64,000 bases of DNA from a virus: IMG/VR virus record IMGVR_UViG_3300012848_000031. One strand, 5' to 3'. This document shows positions 17,043-26,749 of this stretch, one piece after another; the first letter of the stretch is position 1; the number at the start of each line of letters is the position of its first letter. A model generated the notes under the pieces. It had not been told where the DNA came from, ran no database searches, and saw only the letters and a program-made list of their open reading frames with translations. The position numbers and the translations under genes were made by a program.

Positions 17043-18011
17043 ATGAGTGGCGACGAACTGCCACCACCACCCATAGCCGCGGAGGTTGATCTCCGCGATT
17101 TCCAATTCATGCCTCTCGATGTGGTGCGCTTGCGCGACAGCGACCTGGCGTCGCTCGAGACGGCCGAGGCCTGTTGGGCCGCGGTGCTGCTGTGGTGCTA
17201 CTCCTGGCACCAGGTCCCGGCCGCCTCGATCCCCGACGACGATCGCGTGCTGTCGAAACAGGCCGGCTACGGCCGCGTCATTGCAGAGTGGCGACGCGTC
17301 AGGCCCGGCGCTTTGCGCGGTTGGATCAAATGCTCCGATGGACGCCTTTATCACCCTGTTGTCGTCGAGAAGGCGATAGAAGCATGGCGTTCGAAGCTGG
17401 AGTACGCCTACGACCGCGAGTGCGATCGCATCCGCAAGGCCAACAAAAAGCGGCTCCAGGACAAACAACCGCAACTGCCGTTCCCGACCTTCGAAGAGTG
17501 GGACGCGGTCCGCAATTCCGCCGGAAGCGGTCCTGCTTCCGATGGAACGTCAGGCGAATCCGCTGGATCTGGCGACCGTTCCGCCGGAAACGAAGTCAAT
17601 TCCGCCGGAAACACGCCCTTCGGCGATGGAATTCCGGCGGAAAATGCTCTTAAGGGACAGGGACAGGGACAGGGAGACTCTAAGAACCCCCCTTACCCCC
17701 CTGAACGGGGGGCGGCGGCGCTGACGCGCATCGGGAAAAAGCCGCGGGAACTCCGCGATCACAGCCTGACCACCTGGCTCGCCGTGTGCGATGTCGTGGA
17801 CGAGACCGGCAAAACAGACGGCCTCACCTGGGACCACGCCCGGCAGAAGCTCGGCGAACAAGCCCATCAGGCCATCGAGCGCATCGGCGGCTATCGCGTG
17901 ATCTTCGCTCGCGACCGGTTCACGACCGGGGATCTCAAGAGCCGCTTTCGCGAGCACTACGAACGCCAACTCGAAACTCCACCGCCTGCCAAGGCCGGGA
18001 GTGCTGCATGA
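17043..18011 (+). CDS. DUF1376/YdaU-type replication initiator
   Basis: DLRDFQFMPLDVVRLRDSDL, LLWCYSWHQVPA.SIPDDD..L, GRLYHPVV; GQGQGQG linker. Confidence 0.8.
   Translation: MSGDELPPPPIAAEVDLRDFQFMPLDVVRLRDSDLASLETAEACWAAVLLWCYSWHQVPAASIPDDDRVLSKQAGYGRVIAEWRRVRPGALRGWIKCSDGRLYHPVVVEKAIEAWRSKLEYAYDRECDRIRKANKKRLQDKQPQLPFPTFEEWDAVRNSAGSGPASDGTSGESAGSGDRSAGNEVNSAGNTPFGDGIPAENALKGQGQGQGDSKNPPYPPERGAAALTRIGKKPRELRDHSLTTWLAVCDVVDETGKTDGLTWDHARQKLGEQAHQAIERIGGYRVIFARDRFTTGDLKSRFREHYERQLETPPPAKAGSAA
17516..17642. repeat. Putative origin iterons
   Basis: (T/A)TCCGNNGGA(A/T) at 17516, 17537, 17558, 17579, 17600 (21-bp period) plus a copy at 17632. Confidence 0.75.
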
Positions 18012-18421
18012 GAACCAGGACAGAGCGCAAGCCCCCCAAGCCGCACGCCCCCGCGCCCCCTCAGACGACTTCCGAGGTCCGCGCCTACTGGCGAAGCCTC
18101 ATCGTCTCGACGACCTGCATCCATGCCTCGCTCCTGGAATGGCTGCCGCAGCGAGAGACGGACCTGCGCAAGCTCCCGCTGCAGGTCTTCGAGCCGACAC
18201 GCGGTAAGTGCGCCCAGCTCCTGGATCGCTGCTGCCAGGCGGAAGCGCTGGGCCAGGGCCGCCGGCGCATCGAGCAGCGCATGAACGCCGAGCTCTGGAA
18301 TTTCATGAAGCAGCTGGCGCCGAGCCGGCTGTTCCCGGCCCACGCCCAGCCCGGCGTGCTGCGCACGGCCGATCTCTTCGACTCACACGACGACACGGCC
18401 TGGCCGGAGGGTCCGACCTGA
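18008..18421 (+). CDS. Hypothetical protein
   Basis: ATGA coupling to initiator. Confidence 0.65.
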   Translation: MRTRTERKPPKPHAPAPPQTTSEVRAYWRSLIVSTTCIHASLLEWLPQRETDLRKLPLQVFEPTRGKCAQLLDRCCQAEALGQGRRRIEQRMNAELWNFMKQLAPSRLFPAHAQPGVLRTADLFDSHDDTAWPEGPT

Positions 18422-18493
18422 TGGCGCCTTGTCACCACTACGCGAGAAACGTGCAGACGTCTGCACATGCACCAATCACCCGAGGAAGCTCAC

Positions 18494-19339
18494 ATGGCCA
18501 ATAGCAAACCCGTAATTCCGCTGCAGCTCACCGGCGAGGATGTGCTGCTCAAGCGCGTCGCTGGCAACTTCGAGCGGCACGGCGATGATCATGTGCCCGT
18601 GCTCGACATCACGTGCGAGGCGGTCGTGCCGCCGGCAGTGATGGTCGGGCTCCTGGGCACGTACTGCGATCGCACGCTGTTCAACCTGAAAGGCGAGCTG
18701 CCGGAGCCTGCGGACGTTTTCAAGCACACCGATATGCCGCTGCCGCTCGAGCAGGACCTCGTCGCGCAGTTCGTGAGCTTCACGCTCTCCGACAACATCG
18801 AGCGCGAGTTCGGTGAACAGCCGGAGGAAGGCGACGATCCTGCGCCCTCGCAGCTGTGCCCGATCACGAACATCCGCTATGAGCCGAAGGTGGGCGGTTG
18901 TGTGTGGCTCGGGTTCAGTATTCGCATTCGCCCGCGCGATGGCGCGGAATACTGGGCGTTCCTCGAGCACCAGCAGCGCCACGCGAAGCTCACCATCGCG
19001 GACTCTGCGATCAAGGTCGGCAACGGCAAGCAGCAGTCGCTGCCGCTGAATGGTGGCGGGCGACCGGAACCTGCGATGGACAGCGCCGACCAGGACGAGA
19101 GCACGCCCGCCAACTACGACCAGCGCTCCACGATCGAGAACGGCGACGGCACCACGACCGAGCTCAAGAGCGGCAAGGAGATCGACGACGCGATGCTCGC
19201 GGAGAACCCGGGTGGAGAAACGATGGGCTCGAGCGGCTCGTCGCTCGAAGAGATCGGGCCGGAGACGCGCAAGGCGATCGAGCAGGCGAAGAACCGCCGC
19301 CGGCGTCGGCCGATCGATGGGCGCAAGGGAGCGCACTGA
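18494..19339 (+). CDS. Hypothetical protein
   Basis: ATG 18494 after GAGGAAG; strong codon bias. Confidence 0.75.
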   Translation: MANSKPVIPLQLTGEDVLLKRVAGNFERHGDDHVPVLDITCEAVVPPAVMVGLLGTYCDRTLFNLKGELPEPADVFKHTDMPLPLEQDLVAQFVSFTLSDNIEREFGEQPEEGDDPAPSQLCPITNIRYEPKVGGCVWLGFSIRIRPRDGAEYWAFLEHQQRHAKLTIADSAIKVGNGKQQSLPLNGGGRPEPAMDSADQDESTPANYDQRSTIENGDGTTTELKSGKEIDDAMLAENPGGETMGSSGSSLEEIGPETRKAIEQAKNRRRRRPIDGRKGAH

Positions 19340-19665
19340 TGATCAGCCTCATCGCCTCGATTGTGGCGCTCGCACTCAGCGTCGCTGCGTTGACGATCAC
19401 CGCGGGCACCAGGCGCCACAGGGGGCCCGCGCACATCCACCCGACCGATAAGCACGAGGTGAAAGCCGTCGGCGGCATCGTGCACATGAAGCCGTCGGCG
19501 CCGTCAGTCGTGTACGCGTGCATCAATCCTGATTGCCGTGCGATCTGGGCAACTGAGCCGCCTCTGGGTTGCCCGAGCTGCTTCACTGGAGTGAGCACCA
19601 GTCATGGCTTGTCTGGCGCCTACTACGGCACGGTGAAGCGCCAGGTGCAGAGGGTGCCGCTGTGA
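19339..19665 (+). CDS. Membrane-anchored Zn-ribbon-like protein
   Basis: N-terminal TM helix; CINPDC...CPSC. Confidence 0.55.
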   Translation: MISLIASIVALALSVAALTITAGTRRHRGPAHIHPTDKHEVKAVGGIVHMKPSAPSVVYACINPDCRAIWATEPPLGCPSCFTGVSTSHGLSGAYYGTVKRQVQRVPL

Positions 19666-20180
19666 CGCCACGCCAGGTCGAGCTCCTCGAGGCTGAGTTC
19701 CCACCGCCCGGCCCCGTCGCGCGCGGCCGGAGTAAGGGCAGCGGGGTCGATCCCAAGGAGCTCCTGCTCTCACAGATCCGCTCGTATCGCCTGCCGCCGG
19801 CCGTGCCCGAGTTGCGCTTCGCCAAGAGCATCGGCCGCCAGTGGCGCTTCGATGTCGCGTTCCCCGACTTCATGCTCGCAGTGGAGATCGAGGGCATCGT
19901 GCCGCGCCAGTTGTGGGAGGCGAAGCTCGAGGGCGGTGGGCCCGTCACCGTCAACGGCTACGTGCGCAACGTCACGAGCGTCGAGCGCACATTCGTCGTG
20001 TTCGGCCGTCACGCAAGTGTCACGGGTCTCATCGAGGACATGGAGAAATACAACACGGCCGCCATGCTCGGCTGGACCGTGATCCGCTTCCCGCCGAAAC
20101 AGATCAAGCCACTCACCGCGATCGAAATGATTCAGCGCGTGCTCGCGGCCAAGGGCTGGAAACCAGCGCACGCAACGTAG
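19662..20180 (+). CDS. Vsr/DUF559-like endonuclease
   Basis: WRFDVAFP...AVEIEG...GRH...EDMEKYN.A.MLGW.VIRF. Confidence 0.75.
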   Translation: MTPRQVELLEAEFPPPGPVARGRSKGSGVDPKELLLSQIRSYRLPPAVPELRFAKSIGRQWRFDVAFPDFMLAVEIEGIVPRQLWEAKLEGGGPVTVNGYVRNVTSVERTFVVFGRHASVTGLIEDMEKYNTAAMLGWTVIRFPPKQIKPLTAIEMIQRVLAAKGWKPAHAT

Positions 20181-20214
20181 GTCTCACAAACAACACACGC
20201 ACCAGGGGTCTGCC

Positions 20215-20358
20215 ATGAAGAAGCTATTCCAAATCGCGCAGAGCATCCGTCACTACTGGACCGAGTACTACAGCAACGCCCAGCGCGCGATGCGCCGGGC
20301 TGTCGAGGAAGACGCACGCCGCCTGGGCGGCCGAGTCGTGTGGGAGGACACGCAGTAA
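20215..20358 (+). CDS. Small hypothetical protein
   Basis: 47 aa, manual translation. Confidence 0.45.
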   Translation: MKKLFQIAQSIRHYWTEYYSNAQRAMRRAVEEDARRLGGRVVWEDTQ

Positions 20359-20361
20359 CGC

Positions 20362-20598
20362 ATGAAGACGATCACACGCCCGCGCTCGTTCGTGTTTGCC
20401 ATCACCGTCGCCTGGATCCGCTACTACTGGACCGGCAACTACGACCGCGAGGGCAAGCTCGAGCGATCGGCCCATCGGGCAGATGCATTCAAGTTTCCGA
20501 GCTCAGAGACCGCGCTCCTGTGCGCGCAGACGCACGTGGAGCTGCGCGACTCGGATGCGTGGAAACTCGTGCCGCTGAGCGAGAAGGTGCACGCATGA
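20362..20598 (+). CDS. Hypothetical protein
   Basis: Coupled ORF. Confidence 0.55.
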   Translation: MKTITRPRSFVFAITVAWIRYYWTGNYDREGKLERSAHRADAFKFPSSETALLCAQTHVELRDSDAWKLVPLSEKVHA

Positions 20599-21224
20599 AC
20601 GCCGAGGAGCTGATCCTGCTCGCGGCCGCGAAGGGCATCGACCTCAAGCGTGTCGCCGGCGCGTCGAGCCCGGACAGAGGACCCACCGTGCGCCATCGCC
20701 GACGCTCCAAGGACGAGCTGAAGGAAGCTCAAGGCCGGCCGATCTTCGAGACGGTCAATGGACGCGCGACGATTGTGCATCGGTTTCCGTACTGGTCGCT
20801 CGCCGAGCTCGGCCAGGCCGCAGCCTGTGTGCCGCGAGTGCCGTGGCTCGCCGCCTGCTTCTCGTTCGCCGGCGATCGCGCGCCGGGGGTCTACTGGGAG
20901 CTGCACAACGCGCTCACCTGGAACGCGTATCGCCTGCAGAGGCGTCACGGCTGGGCGCCGCAGATCACCGGCATCGGTGGCCATCCGCGGTTCTACCTCC
21001 TGGAGCTCGCGCAGCTCGTCCTGGACGAGGACCAGCACGCGCACCTGTTCAACGCGCACCCGGGCCTGTACGCCGCGTATCTGCACATCGAGCCCGATCT
21101 GTGGCGCCACAAGATCTTCGAACGCTTCGACCTGCTGAAGCTGCGCTATCTCAACTGGCTCGAGACGGCGCGATGGACCATCAACGACAAACTCGGAGGA
21201 GCGACCTACGATGAAGCGGGATAA
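20595..21224 (+). CDS. Hypothetical protein, possible Q-like late antiterminator
   Basis: Position just before late promoter/terminator; helical C-terminus; function inferred from synteny only. Confidence 0.45.
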   Translation: MNAEELILLAAAKGIDLKRVAGASSPDRGPTVRHRRRSKDELKEAQGRPIFETVNGRATIVHRFPYWSLAELGQAAACVPRVPWLAACFSFAGDRAPGVYWELHNALTWNAYRLQRRHGWAPQITGIGGHPRFYLLELAQLVLDEDQHAHLFNAHPGLYAAYLHIEPDLWRHKIFERFDLLKLRYLNWLETARWTINDKLGGATYDEAG

Positions 21225-21441
21225 CACCGAGCGCGACGGCAATATCTGCGTGCTGTTCAAGTCAGGGCGCACCCTGATCTCGATCGGCGAGCAGTTCGGA
21301 CTGTGCGACGAGCGCGTGCGCCAGATCGTGCGCAAGGCGGGTCTCACGGTGGCGGATGGAGGCAAAAACATCCTCCGTGCACGAAAACTCCAAACCTCCG
21401 GAGTTGGAGAAAACGACCCCTTCGCTAAGTCATTGACTTGA
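21211..21441 (+). CDS. HTH protein (sigma-70 region-4-like)
   Basis: GRTLISIGEQFGLCDERVRQIVRK. Confidence 0.65.
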   Translation: MKRDNTERDGNICVLFKSGRTLISIGEQFGLCDERVRQIVRKAGLTVADGGKNILRARKLQTSGVGENDPFAKSLT

Positions 21442-21465
21442 CGGCCCGGAAAATTCCGATAATCT
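21438..21465 (+). promoter_or_regulatory. Putative late promoter (PR'-like)
   Basis: TTGACG-16 bp-TAATCT. Confidence 0.55.
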
Positions 21466-21495
21466 CTCGCCCCGCAGGAAAGGTGCGTCCATCGG

Positions 21496-21530
21496 AAACC
21501 CAGCCCCCAAAAGGCTGGGTTTTTTTGTTT
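21496..21530 (+). terminator. Intrinsic terminator (tR'-like) before terS
   Basis: AAACCCAGCC-cccaaaa-GGCTGGGTTT plus T tract. Confidence 0.8.
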
Positions 21531-21545
21531 CCGGGCATCCCCCAT

Positions 21546-22028
21546 GTGAGCAAGTACGTCCGCTACAACGCGCGTCTGGTCCAGGAGATCTGCGATGCCA
21601 TCGGTGAAGGCAAATCACTTCGCAGCATCTGTGCGGATCCACGCATGCCGACGGCTCGCAATTTTCTGCGCTGGGTCGCGCGACGGCCCTTTGTGCAGAA
21701 ACGGTACCGTGAAGCGCTTGAGCTGCGTGGGGAGCATCACGCCGAAGCGATCATCGACATCGCCGACGAGCTACCGCCCCGGCGGGTAGCGATGGGTGTC
21801 GCGTTCCTCGCGCCCGAGGACGTGAAGGCGTGGATTGCCAGGCAGCGTCTGCGGATCGACGCGCGCAAGTGGACCGCAGCGCGTTTGTTGCCCAAGAAGT
21901 ACGGCGACAAGCTTGCCCTCACCGACGGCGACGGCAAGCCGCTCGTGCCGCCGAACATCGGTATCACCTTCGAGGACGGTGGGCCCGGAGCCGCGGCACC
22001 CGACGATGGCGTTGAAACCAGCTCATGA
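21546..22028 (+). CDS. terS: Terminase small subunit
   Basis: EICDAIGEGKSLRSIC...RLRIDARKWTAARLLPKKYGDK. Confidence 0.85.
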   Translation: MSKYVRYNARLVQEICDAIGEGKSLRSICADPRMPTARNFLRWVARRPFVQKRYREALELRGEHHAEAIIDIADELPPRRVAMGVAFLAPEDVKAWIARQRLRIDARKWTAARLLPKKYGDKLALTDGDGKPLVPPNIGITFEDGGPGAAAPDDGVETSS

Positions 22029-23316
22029 GCTGCTGTCGCCGAAGCTGCGGAATCTGTTCTTTCGCCCTGGCGCAGACGGCTCAGCGATCTGGGTGCCGAG
22101 CCGCTACAAGGTCGCCAAGGGCGGCCGTGGAGGATCGAAGAGCTGGGGATTCGTCGGCGTCGCTGTAACACTCGGCGCGCTGCGGCCGCTGCGCATCCTG
22201 TGGGTGCGTGAAACGCAGAGCTCGATCAAGGAATCGGTCCACGCGCTGTTGAAGAACCGCATCGAGTCCCTGGAGCTCGAGCGCTACTACGACCCCGGCG
22301 AGTCGGTGATCAAGGGCAAGAACGGCACGGAGCACGTGTTCGCCGGCATCAAGACTGATCCCGGCAAGATCAAGTCCGCTGAGGGTTTCGACATCTGCGT
22401 CGTCGTCGAGGCGGAGAAGGTCAGCAAGCAGAGCTGGAAGACGCTGATCCCGACGATTCGCGCTCGCGGCTCCGAGATCTGGGTGGAGTTTAATCCGCGC
22501 GAGAAGACGGACCCCACGTCTGCAATGTTCATCGAGCGCATGCCGCCGCGCTGCCGGCGCGTACATGTGAACTGGGCCGACAACCCCTGGTTTCCGCCGG
22601 AGCTCGAGCTCGAGCGGCAATACGCACTGCAGCTGGTCCGCGATGCACAGGACGATGACGAGCGCGTCCAGCTCCAGGCGGACTACGACCACGTCTGGGA
22701 GGGCGCCTACCAGACACGCAGCGATGCCGCCGTGTTCCGCCGGCGCGTGGTGTTCGACTCGTTCGAGGATCCGCCCGAGAGCGCGAAGACGCGCTTCCAC
22801 TACGGCGCCGACTGGGGCTTCGCGAACGATCCGACCGCGCTCATCCGCTTCTGGATCACGGACCACACCGACGAGCGTGGCCAGGCCTACCAGGAGCTCT
22901 GGATCAGCCACGAGGCGTATGGCTACCGCTGCGAGATCGACGAGACGCCAGCGCTCTTCGACACGGTGCCGGGCGCGCGCGCCTGGCCGATCAAGGGTGA
23001 CGCCGCGCGGCCCGAGACGATCAGCTACCTGCGCCGCCAGGGCTTCAACATCGACGCCGCGGAGAAGTGGCAGGGCTCCGTCGAAGACGGCATCGCTCAC
23101 ATCAAGGGCTTTCGCAGGATCCACATCCATGAGCGTTGCAAACGTCTGCAAGAGGAAGCGCGCCTGTACTCGTACAAGATCGATCGCCTCACCCACCAGG
23201 TACTGCCGATCATCGTCGATGCGTACAACCACGGATGGGACGCGGTGCGCTACGGCCTGGATGGCTACATCCAGCGCCGCGGCGGCCATGGTGTCTGGGC
23301 GAAACTTGCGGGCTGA
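22006..23316 (+). CDS. terL: Terminase large subunit (PBSX type)
   Basis: GGRGGSKS, VRETQSSIKES, EAEKVS, FNPR, DWGF..DP, NHGWDAVRY. Confidence 0.93.
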   Translation: MALKPAHELLSPKLRNLFFRPGADGSAIWVPSRYKVAKGGRGGSKSWGFVGVAVTLGALRPLRILWVRETQSSIKESVHALLKNRIESLELERYYDPGESVIKGKNGTEHVFAGIKTDPGKIKSAEGFDICVVVEAEKVSKQSWKTLIPTIRARGSEIWVEFNPREKTDPTSAMFIERMPPRCRRVHVNWADNPWFPPELELERQYALQLVRDAQDDDERVQLQADYDHVWEGAYQTRSDAAVFRRRVVFDSFEDPPESAKTRFHYGADWGFANDPTALIRFWITDHTDERGQAYQELWISHEAYGYRCEIDETPALFDTVPGARAWPIKGDAARPETISYLRRQGFNIDAAEKWQGSVEDGIAHIKGFRRIHIHERCKRLQEEARLYSYKIDRLTHQVLPIIVDAYNHGWDAVRYGLDGYIQRRGGHGVWAKLAG

Positions 23317-23322
23317 GCGCGC

Positions 23323-24786
23323 GTGAGCAAGCGCTCGAAGGCGGCGGACGCTGCGGTGGCTGCCGCTCCTGGCGTCTGGAAGTCCTTCATCGGCGACAGC
23401 TTCCAGAACTTTCTCGCGCGGATCGGGATAGGCGCAGGCAGCGCGAACGATGCGTCGACGTACGGGTTCAACCCCGTCACCCGCAATCGTGTGCTGATGG
23501 AGCGCATGTATCGCGGCTCCTGGGTCGCTGGCATTTCGGTGGACGCCCGAGCCGAAGACATGACGCGCGAGGGCGTCGAGATCCGTTCGGACGACAAGCC
23601 CGATGCCATCGAGGCGATCGCGAAGGAAGCCGAGCGCCTGCAGATCTGGGACGCACTGTGCGACGCGCTCAAGTGGTCTCGCCTGTACGGCGGCGCCGTG
23701 GGTCTGATGCTCATCGAAGGGCAGCAACTGAACACGCCCCTGCGCATGGAGACGGTGTCCGCGGGGCAGTTCCGAGGCATCAAGGCGCTCGATCGCTGGG
23801 TCGTGCAGCCGAATCTGCAGGACCTGATCACCGAATACGGCCCGCACCTGGGCCTGCCGAAGTTCTACAGGATCGTCGACAACACAATCGGTCTGCCGTT
23901 GATGGACGTCCATCACTCGCGCCTGATGCGCCTCGAAGGCGTGAAGCTGCCGCACTACCAGCGCATCGCCGAGAACCTGTGGGGTCAATCGATCTGTGAG
24001 CGGCTATGGGATCGCCTCATCGCGTTCGACTCGACGACTGCCGGCGCAGCGCAGCTCGTCTACAAGGCGCACCTGCGCACGGTGAAGATCAAGGGACTGC
24101 GAGACATCGTTGCCACCGGCGGCAAGGTGCTCGATGGCCTCTTGGCGCAGATCAACATGATGCGCCTGATGCAAACGAACGAGGGATTGACCGTCCTCGA
24201 CCTCGAGGACGATTTCGATGCGAAGCAGTACACGTTCAGCGGGCTCTCCGATGTGCTGCTTCAGTTCGGTCAGCAGCTCGCCGGTGCGACGCAGATCCCG
24301 CTCGTCCGATTCTTCGGCCAATCGCCCGCTGGCTTGAACAGCACCGGTGATTCCGACTGGCGCAACTACTACGACAGCATCCGTGCCGAGCAGGAGTCGC
24401 GGCTGCGGCCCGGCATCGAGACTGTGTATCGCCTGCTCTACCGGTCGGTGCATGGCCGTGAGGTGCCTGAATCCTACGGGCTGCACTTCCGCCCGCTGTG
24501 GCAGATGACCGAGCCCGAACGGGCCACGGTGACGAACACGATGACGGCCGCCGTGGTGGCGCCGTTCACCGCGCAGATCATCGACCGCGGCACCGCCCTG
24601 CGAGAGCTGCGGAAGATCTCCGAAGTGACCGGCGCGTTCAGCAGCATCACCGACCAGCAGATCAACGAGGCCGAGAGTGAAGGGCCACCCCCCAGCGCAA
24701 GAGAAGTCCTCGAGTCCTCCACTGATCCTGACGCTGGACCGGGAGAGAAAGGCGGGAAGTCGGAGGGGGAAGACGCCGACCAGTAG
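23323..24786 (+). CDS. Portal protein (DUF1073/HI1409-like)
   Basis: After terL; WSRLYGGAV, IPLVRFFGQSPAGLNSTG.SD..NYYD. Confidence 0.85.
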   Translation: MSKRSKAADAAVAAAPGVWKSFIGDSFQNFLARIGIGAGSANDASTYGFNPVTRNRVLMERMYRGSWVAGISVDARAEDMTREGVEIRSDDKPDAIEAIAKEAERLQIWDALCDALKWSRLYGGAVGLMLIEGQQLNTPLRMETVSAGQFRGIKALDRWVVQPNLQDLITEYGPHLGLPKFYRIVDNTIGLPLMDVHHSRLMRLEGVKLPHYQRIAENLWGQSICERLWDRLIAFDSTTAGAAQLVYKAHLRTVKIKGLRDIVATGGKVLDGLLAQINMMRLMQTNEGLTVLDLEDDFDAKQYTFSGLSDVLLQFGQQLAGATQIPLVRFFGQSPAGLNSTGDSDWRNYYDSIRAEQESRLRPGIETVYRLLYRSVHGREVPESYGLHFRPLWQMTEPERATVTNTMTAAVVAPFTAQIIDRGTALRELRKISEVTGAFSSITDQQINEAESEGPPPSAREVLESSTDPDAGPGEKGGKSEGEDADQ

Positions 24787-25471
24787 GGCCGAGCGTGAAT
24801 ACGCGCGATCGCTGAAACAGGTCGGCGCGCAGGTCGGGGAGATCATCAGCGGGTTCACGCCGGGAGACATCGGGGCGGTCCCGTCTCTGCACCAACTGCT
24901 CGCGCGATACGCCGAGGCCTTGACGCCCTGGGCGGAGCGCGTGGCCGGGCGGATGCTCGGCGAGGTGAACGATCGCGACCGCGAGGCCTGGCGCGCGCTC
25001 GGCAACAACCTTTCGAGGGGCCTGCGGGATCTGCTGACGAATGCGCCCGTCGGGCAGCGGATCCACGAGCTGCTCGGCGAGCAGGTCACGCTCATCAAGT
25101 CGCTGCCAATCGAGGCAGGCCGGCGCGTGCACGAGCTCACGCTCAAAGGCCTCACCGATTCCACCCGGGCGCGGGAGATCGCCCAGGAGATCGAGCGCTC
25201 GAGCGAGGTGACGCAGAACCGCGCGCTTCTGATTGCGCGCACTGAGGTCTCGCGCACCGCTGAAGTGCTCGTCGAGACACGCGCCGTGTACGTCGGTAGC
25301 GAGGGCTATCTCTGGCGAACGAGCCGCGATGGAGCGGTGCGGCCCTCACACCGCGCGATGGAAGGCAAGTTCGTTCGGTGGATCTCGCCGCCCACCGTCG
25401 ATGATTTAACGGCGCACGCCGGCTGCTTGCCCAACTGCAGATGCTGGACGGAAGTCGTCCTGCCCGAGTGA
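24677..25471 (+). CDS. Head morphogenesis protein (Mu F/SPP1 gp7-like); start uncertain
   Basis: LIARTE...W.TSRDG.VRPSH...G.FV.W..PP...HAG..PNCRC. Confidence 0.85.
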   Translation: MKGHPPAQEKSSSPPLILTLDRERKAGSRRGKTPTSRAEREYARSLKQVGAQVGEIISGFTPGDIGAVPSLHQLLARYAEALTPWAERVAGRMLGEVNDRDREAWRALGNNLSRGLRDLLTNAPVGQRIHELLGEQVTLIKSLPIEAGRRVHELTLKGLTDSTRAREIAQEIERSSEVTQNRALLIARTEVSRTAEVLVETRAVYVGSEGYLWRTSRDGAVRPSHRAMEGKFVRWISPPTVDDLTAHAGCLPNCRCWTEVVLPE

Positions 25472-25498
25472 CCTGATCCGCGTTCTTTCACCACATCC

Positions 25499-25521
25499 GC
25501 CCGCTTCATGCGGGCTTTTTT
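25499..25521 (+). terminator. Intrinsic terminator inside late region
   Basis: GCCCGC-ttcat-GCGGGC-T6 immediately before an RBS. Confidence 0.7.
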
Positions 25522-25535
25522 CTTTGGAGAGTCAC

Positions 25536-26057
25536 ATGAAGCTGATGAATCGAGTCTTCGGACCCATGCTCGTGGTGGCGGCCGTCCTGATGACGGCAGT
25601 GCCGCAGCTGTCCTTCGCGACGGCGATGAGCGACTACCTCGAGAACCGCCTGATCGACGCGTTCCTCCGCGGCCAGTCGTACACGATGCCGACGACGGTG
25701 TACGTGGCACTTGCGACCACGACCGGCAGCGATACCTCCTGCGGCACCGAAGTGACCGGCGGCTCCTACGCGCGCGTGTCGGTGACGAGCTCGCTGGCGA
25801 ACTGGGCCGGCACGCAGAGCTCCGGTAGCACCGTTGCCTCCACAGGCACGAACGGCACCACGAGCAACAACAACGCGATCACGTTCCCGGCGCCGACCGG
25901 CAACTGGGGCACGGTCTCGGAGGTGTGCGTCTTCGACGCGAGCACCTCGGGGAACATGCTGTTCCGAACCGCGCTCACCGTGAGCAAGACCGTGAACAAC
26001 GGCGACGCGGCTCCGAGCTTCGCGGCGGCGGCCCTCACGTTCCAGATCGACAACTGA
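25536..26057 (+). CDS. Phage fibre-associated small protein with signal-peptide-like N-terminus
   Basis: MSDYLEN..ID..LRG...VYVAL.T...GTEV.GGSYAR...I.FP..TGNWGTV..FDA.T.GNML; preceded by ~30-aa hydrophobic leader. Confidence 0.65.
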   Translation: MKLMNRVFGPMLVVAAVLMTAVPQLSFATAMSDYLENRLIDAFLRGQSYTMPTTVYVALATTTGSDTSCGTEVTGGSYARVSVTSSLANWAGTQSSGSTVASTGTNGTTSNNNAITFPAPTGNWGTVSEVCVFDASTSGNMLFRTALTVSKTVNNGDAAPSFAAAALTFQIDN

Positions 26058-26115
26058 TCTGCGTACACCACACGCAGATCTGCGCGCCCTTCACACAGTT
26101 TCGAGGTCCCCATCC

Positions 26116-26505
26116 ATGAAGCGATCCCTGATGATCGCCCTCGTGTCGGTGCTGCTTTCGGGCACTGCCATGGCGGCCAATCCCATTGATGCCCAGGCGG
26201 ATGCCGGCGGCATCGATCTCTCCGCAACGCTCGCGCCCTTCAACAGTTTCGAATGGCAGGCAGCGCCGAGCTTCACGCAGCTCGCGGTGAAGCGACGGCA
26301 GGCGACGGCCGCCCTGCGCAAGGGAGCGATCTCGATCGAGCAGTTCGAGTCGGTGCTCAAGCAGACCGACCGCATTCGCTCTCTGCTCGACCAGGCGCTC
26401 GAGGCCTGCGGTCAGAACGACCGCACGGGCAAATGCACGAAGAGCACGCGCACCGCTCAGCGTCTGCTCGACCAGGCGAACGCGGAGCTCGCGCGGCTCC
26501 AGTAA
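26116..26505 (+). CDS. Secreted helical protein
   Basis: MKRSLMIALVSVLLSGTAMA signal peptide. Confidence 0.65.
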   Translation: MKRSLMIALVSVLLSGTAMAANPIDAQADAGGIDLSATLAPFNSFEWQAAPSFTQLAVKRRQATAALRKGAISIEQFESVLKQTDRIRSLLDQALEACGQNDRTGKCTKSTRTAQRLLDQANAELARLQ

Positions 26506-26549
26506 GCCAGCGCACCCATCCGCCCCCCACTATCCGGAGAACGACGTCC

Positions 26550-26732
26550 ATGAAGATCAGCGTGACGAATGCACGAGCCCTCGCCGAGGCGCTCATCCAG
26601 GGCGCCGACCAGGCAATGTCCGTCGGCCACTACGAGTTCGAGCTCACCGACGCGGTGCAGGCGGTGGACAACGCCGCACGCGATGAAATGCTGAGCGCGC
26701 TCCAGGAAGCGAAGGCGAAGGCCGCGAGCTGA
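26550..26732 (+). CDS. Small hypothetical protein
   Basis: ATG after GGAG. Confidence 0.6.
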   Translation: MKISVTNARALAEALIQGADQAMSVGHYEFELTDAVQAVDNAARDEMLSALQEAKAKAAS

Positions 26733-26749
26733 CCTGAGGAGCGGCGGCC

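Noticed and set aside
17658-17675. GGGACA x3 microsatellite as a phase-variable tract
   Set aside because: In-frame 6-bp unit encoding the GQGQG linker usual in this initiator family.
22081-23988. Long antisense ORFs (e.g. 22081..23988, 24004..25257, 30793..32115, 38790..40073, 40893..42257, 61758..62861)
   Set aside because: They lie opposite well-supported genes and have no recognisable motifs; such shadows are expected in high-GC DNA.
23323-24786. Anti-CBASS (Acb1-like) nuclease fused to the portal
   Set aside because: No HxT/HxS 2H-phosphoesterase domain is visible; length fits a portal alone.
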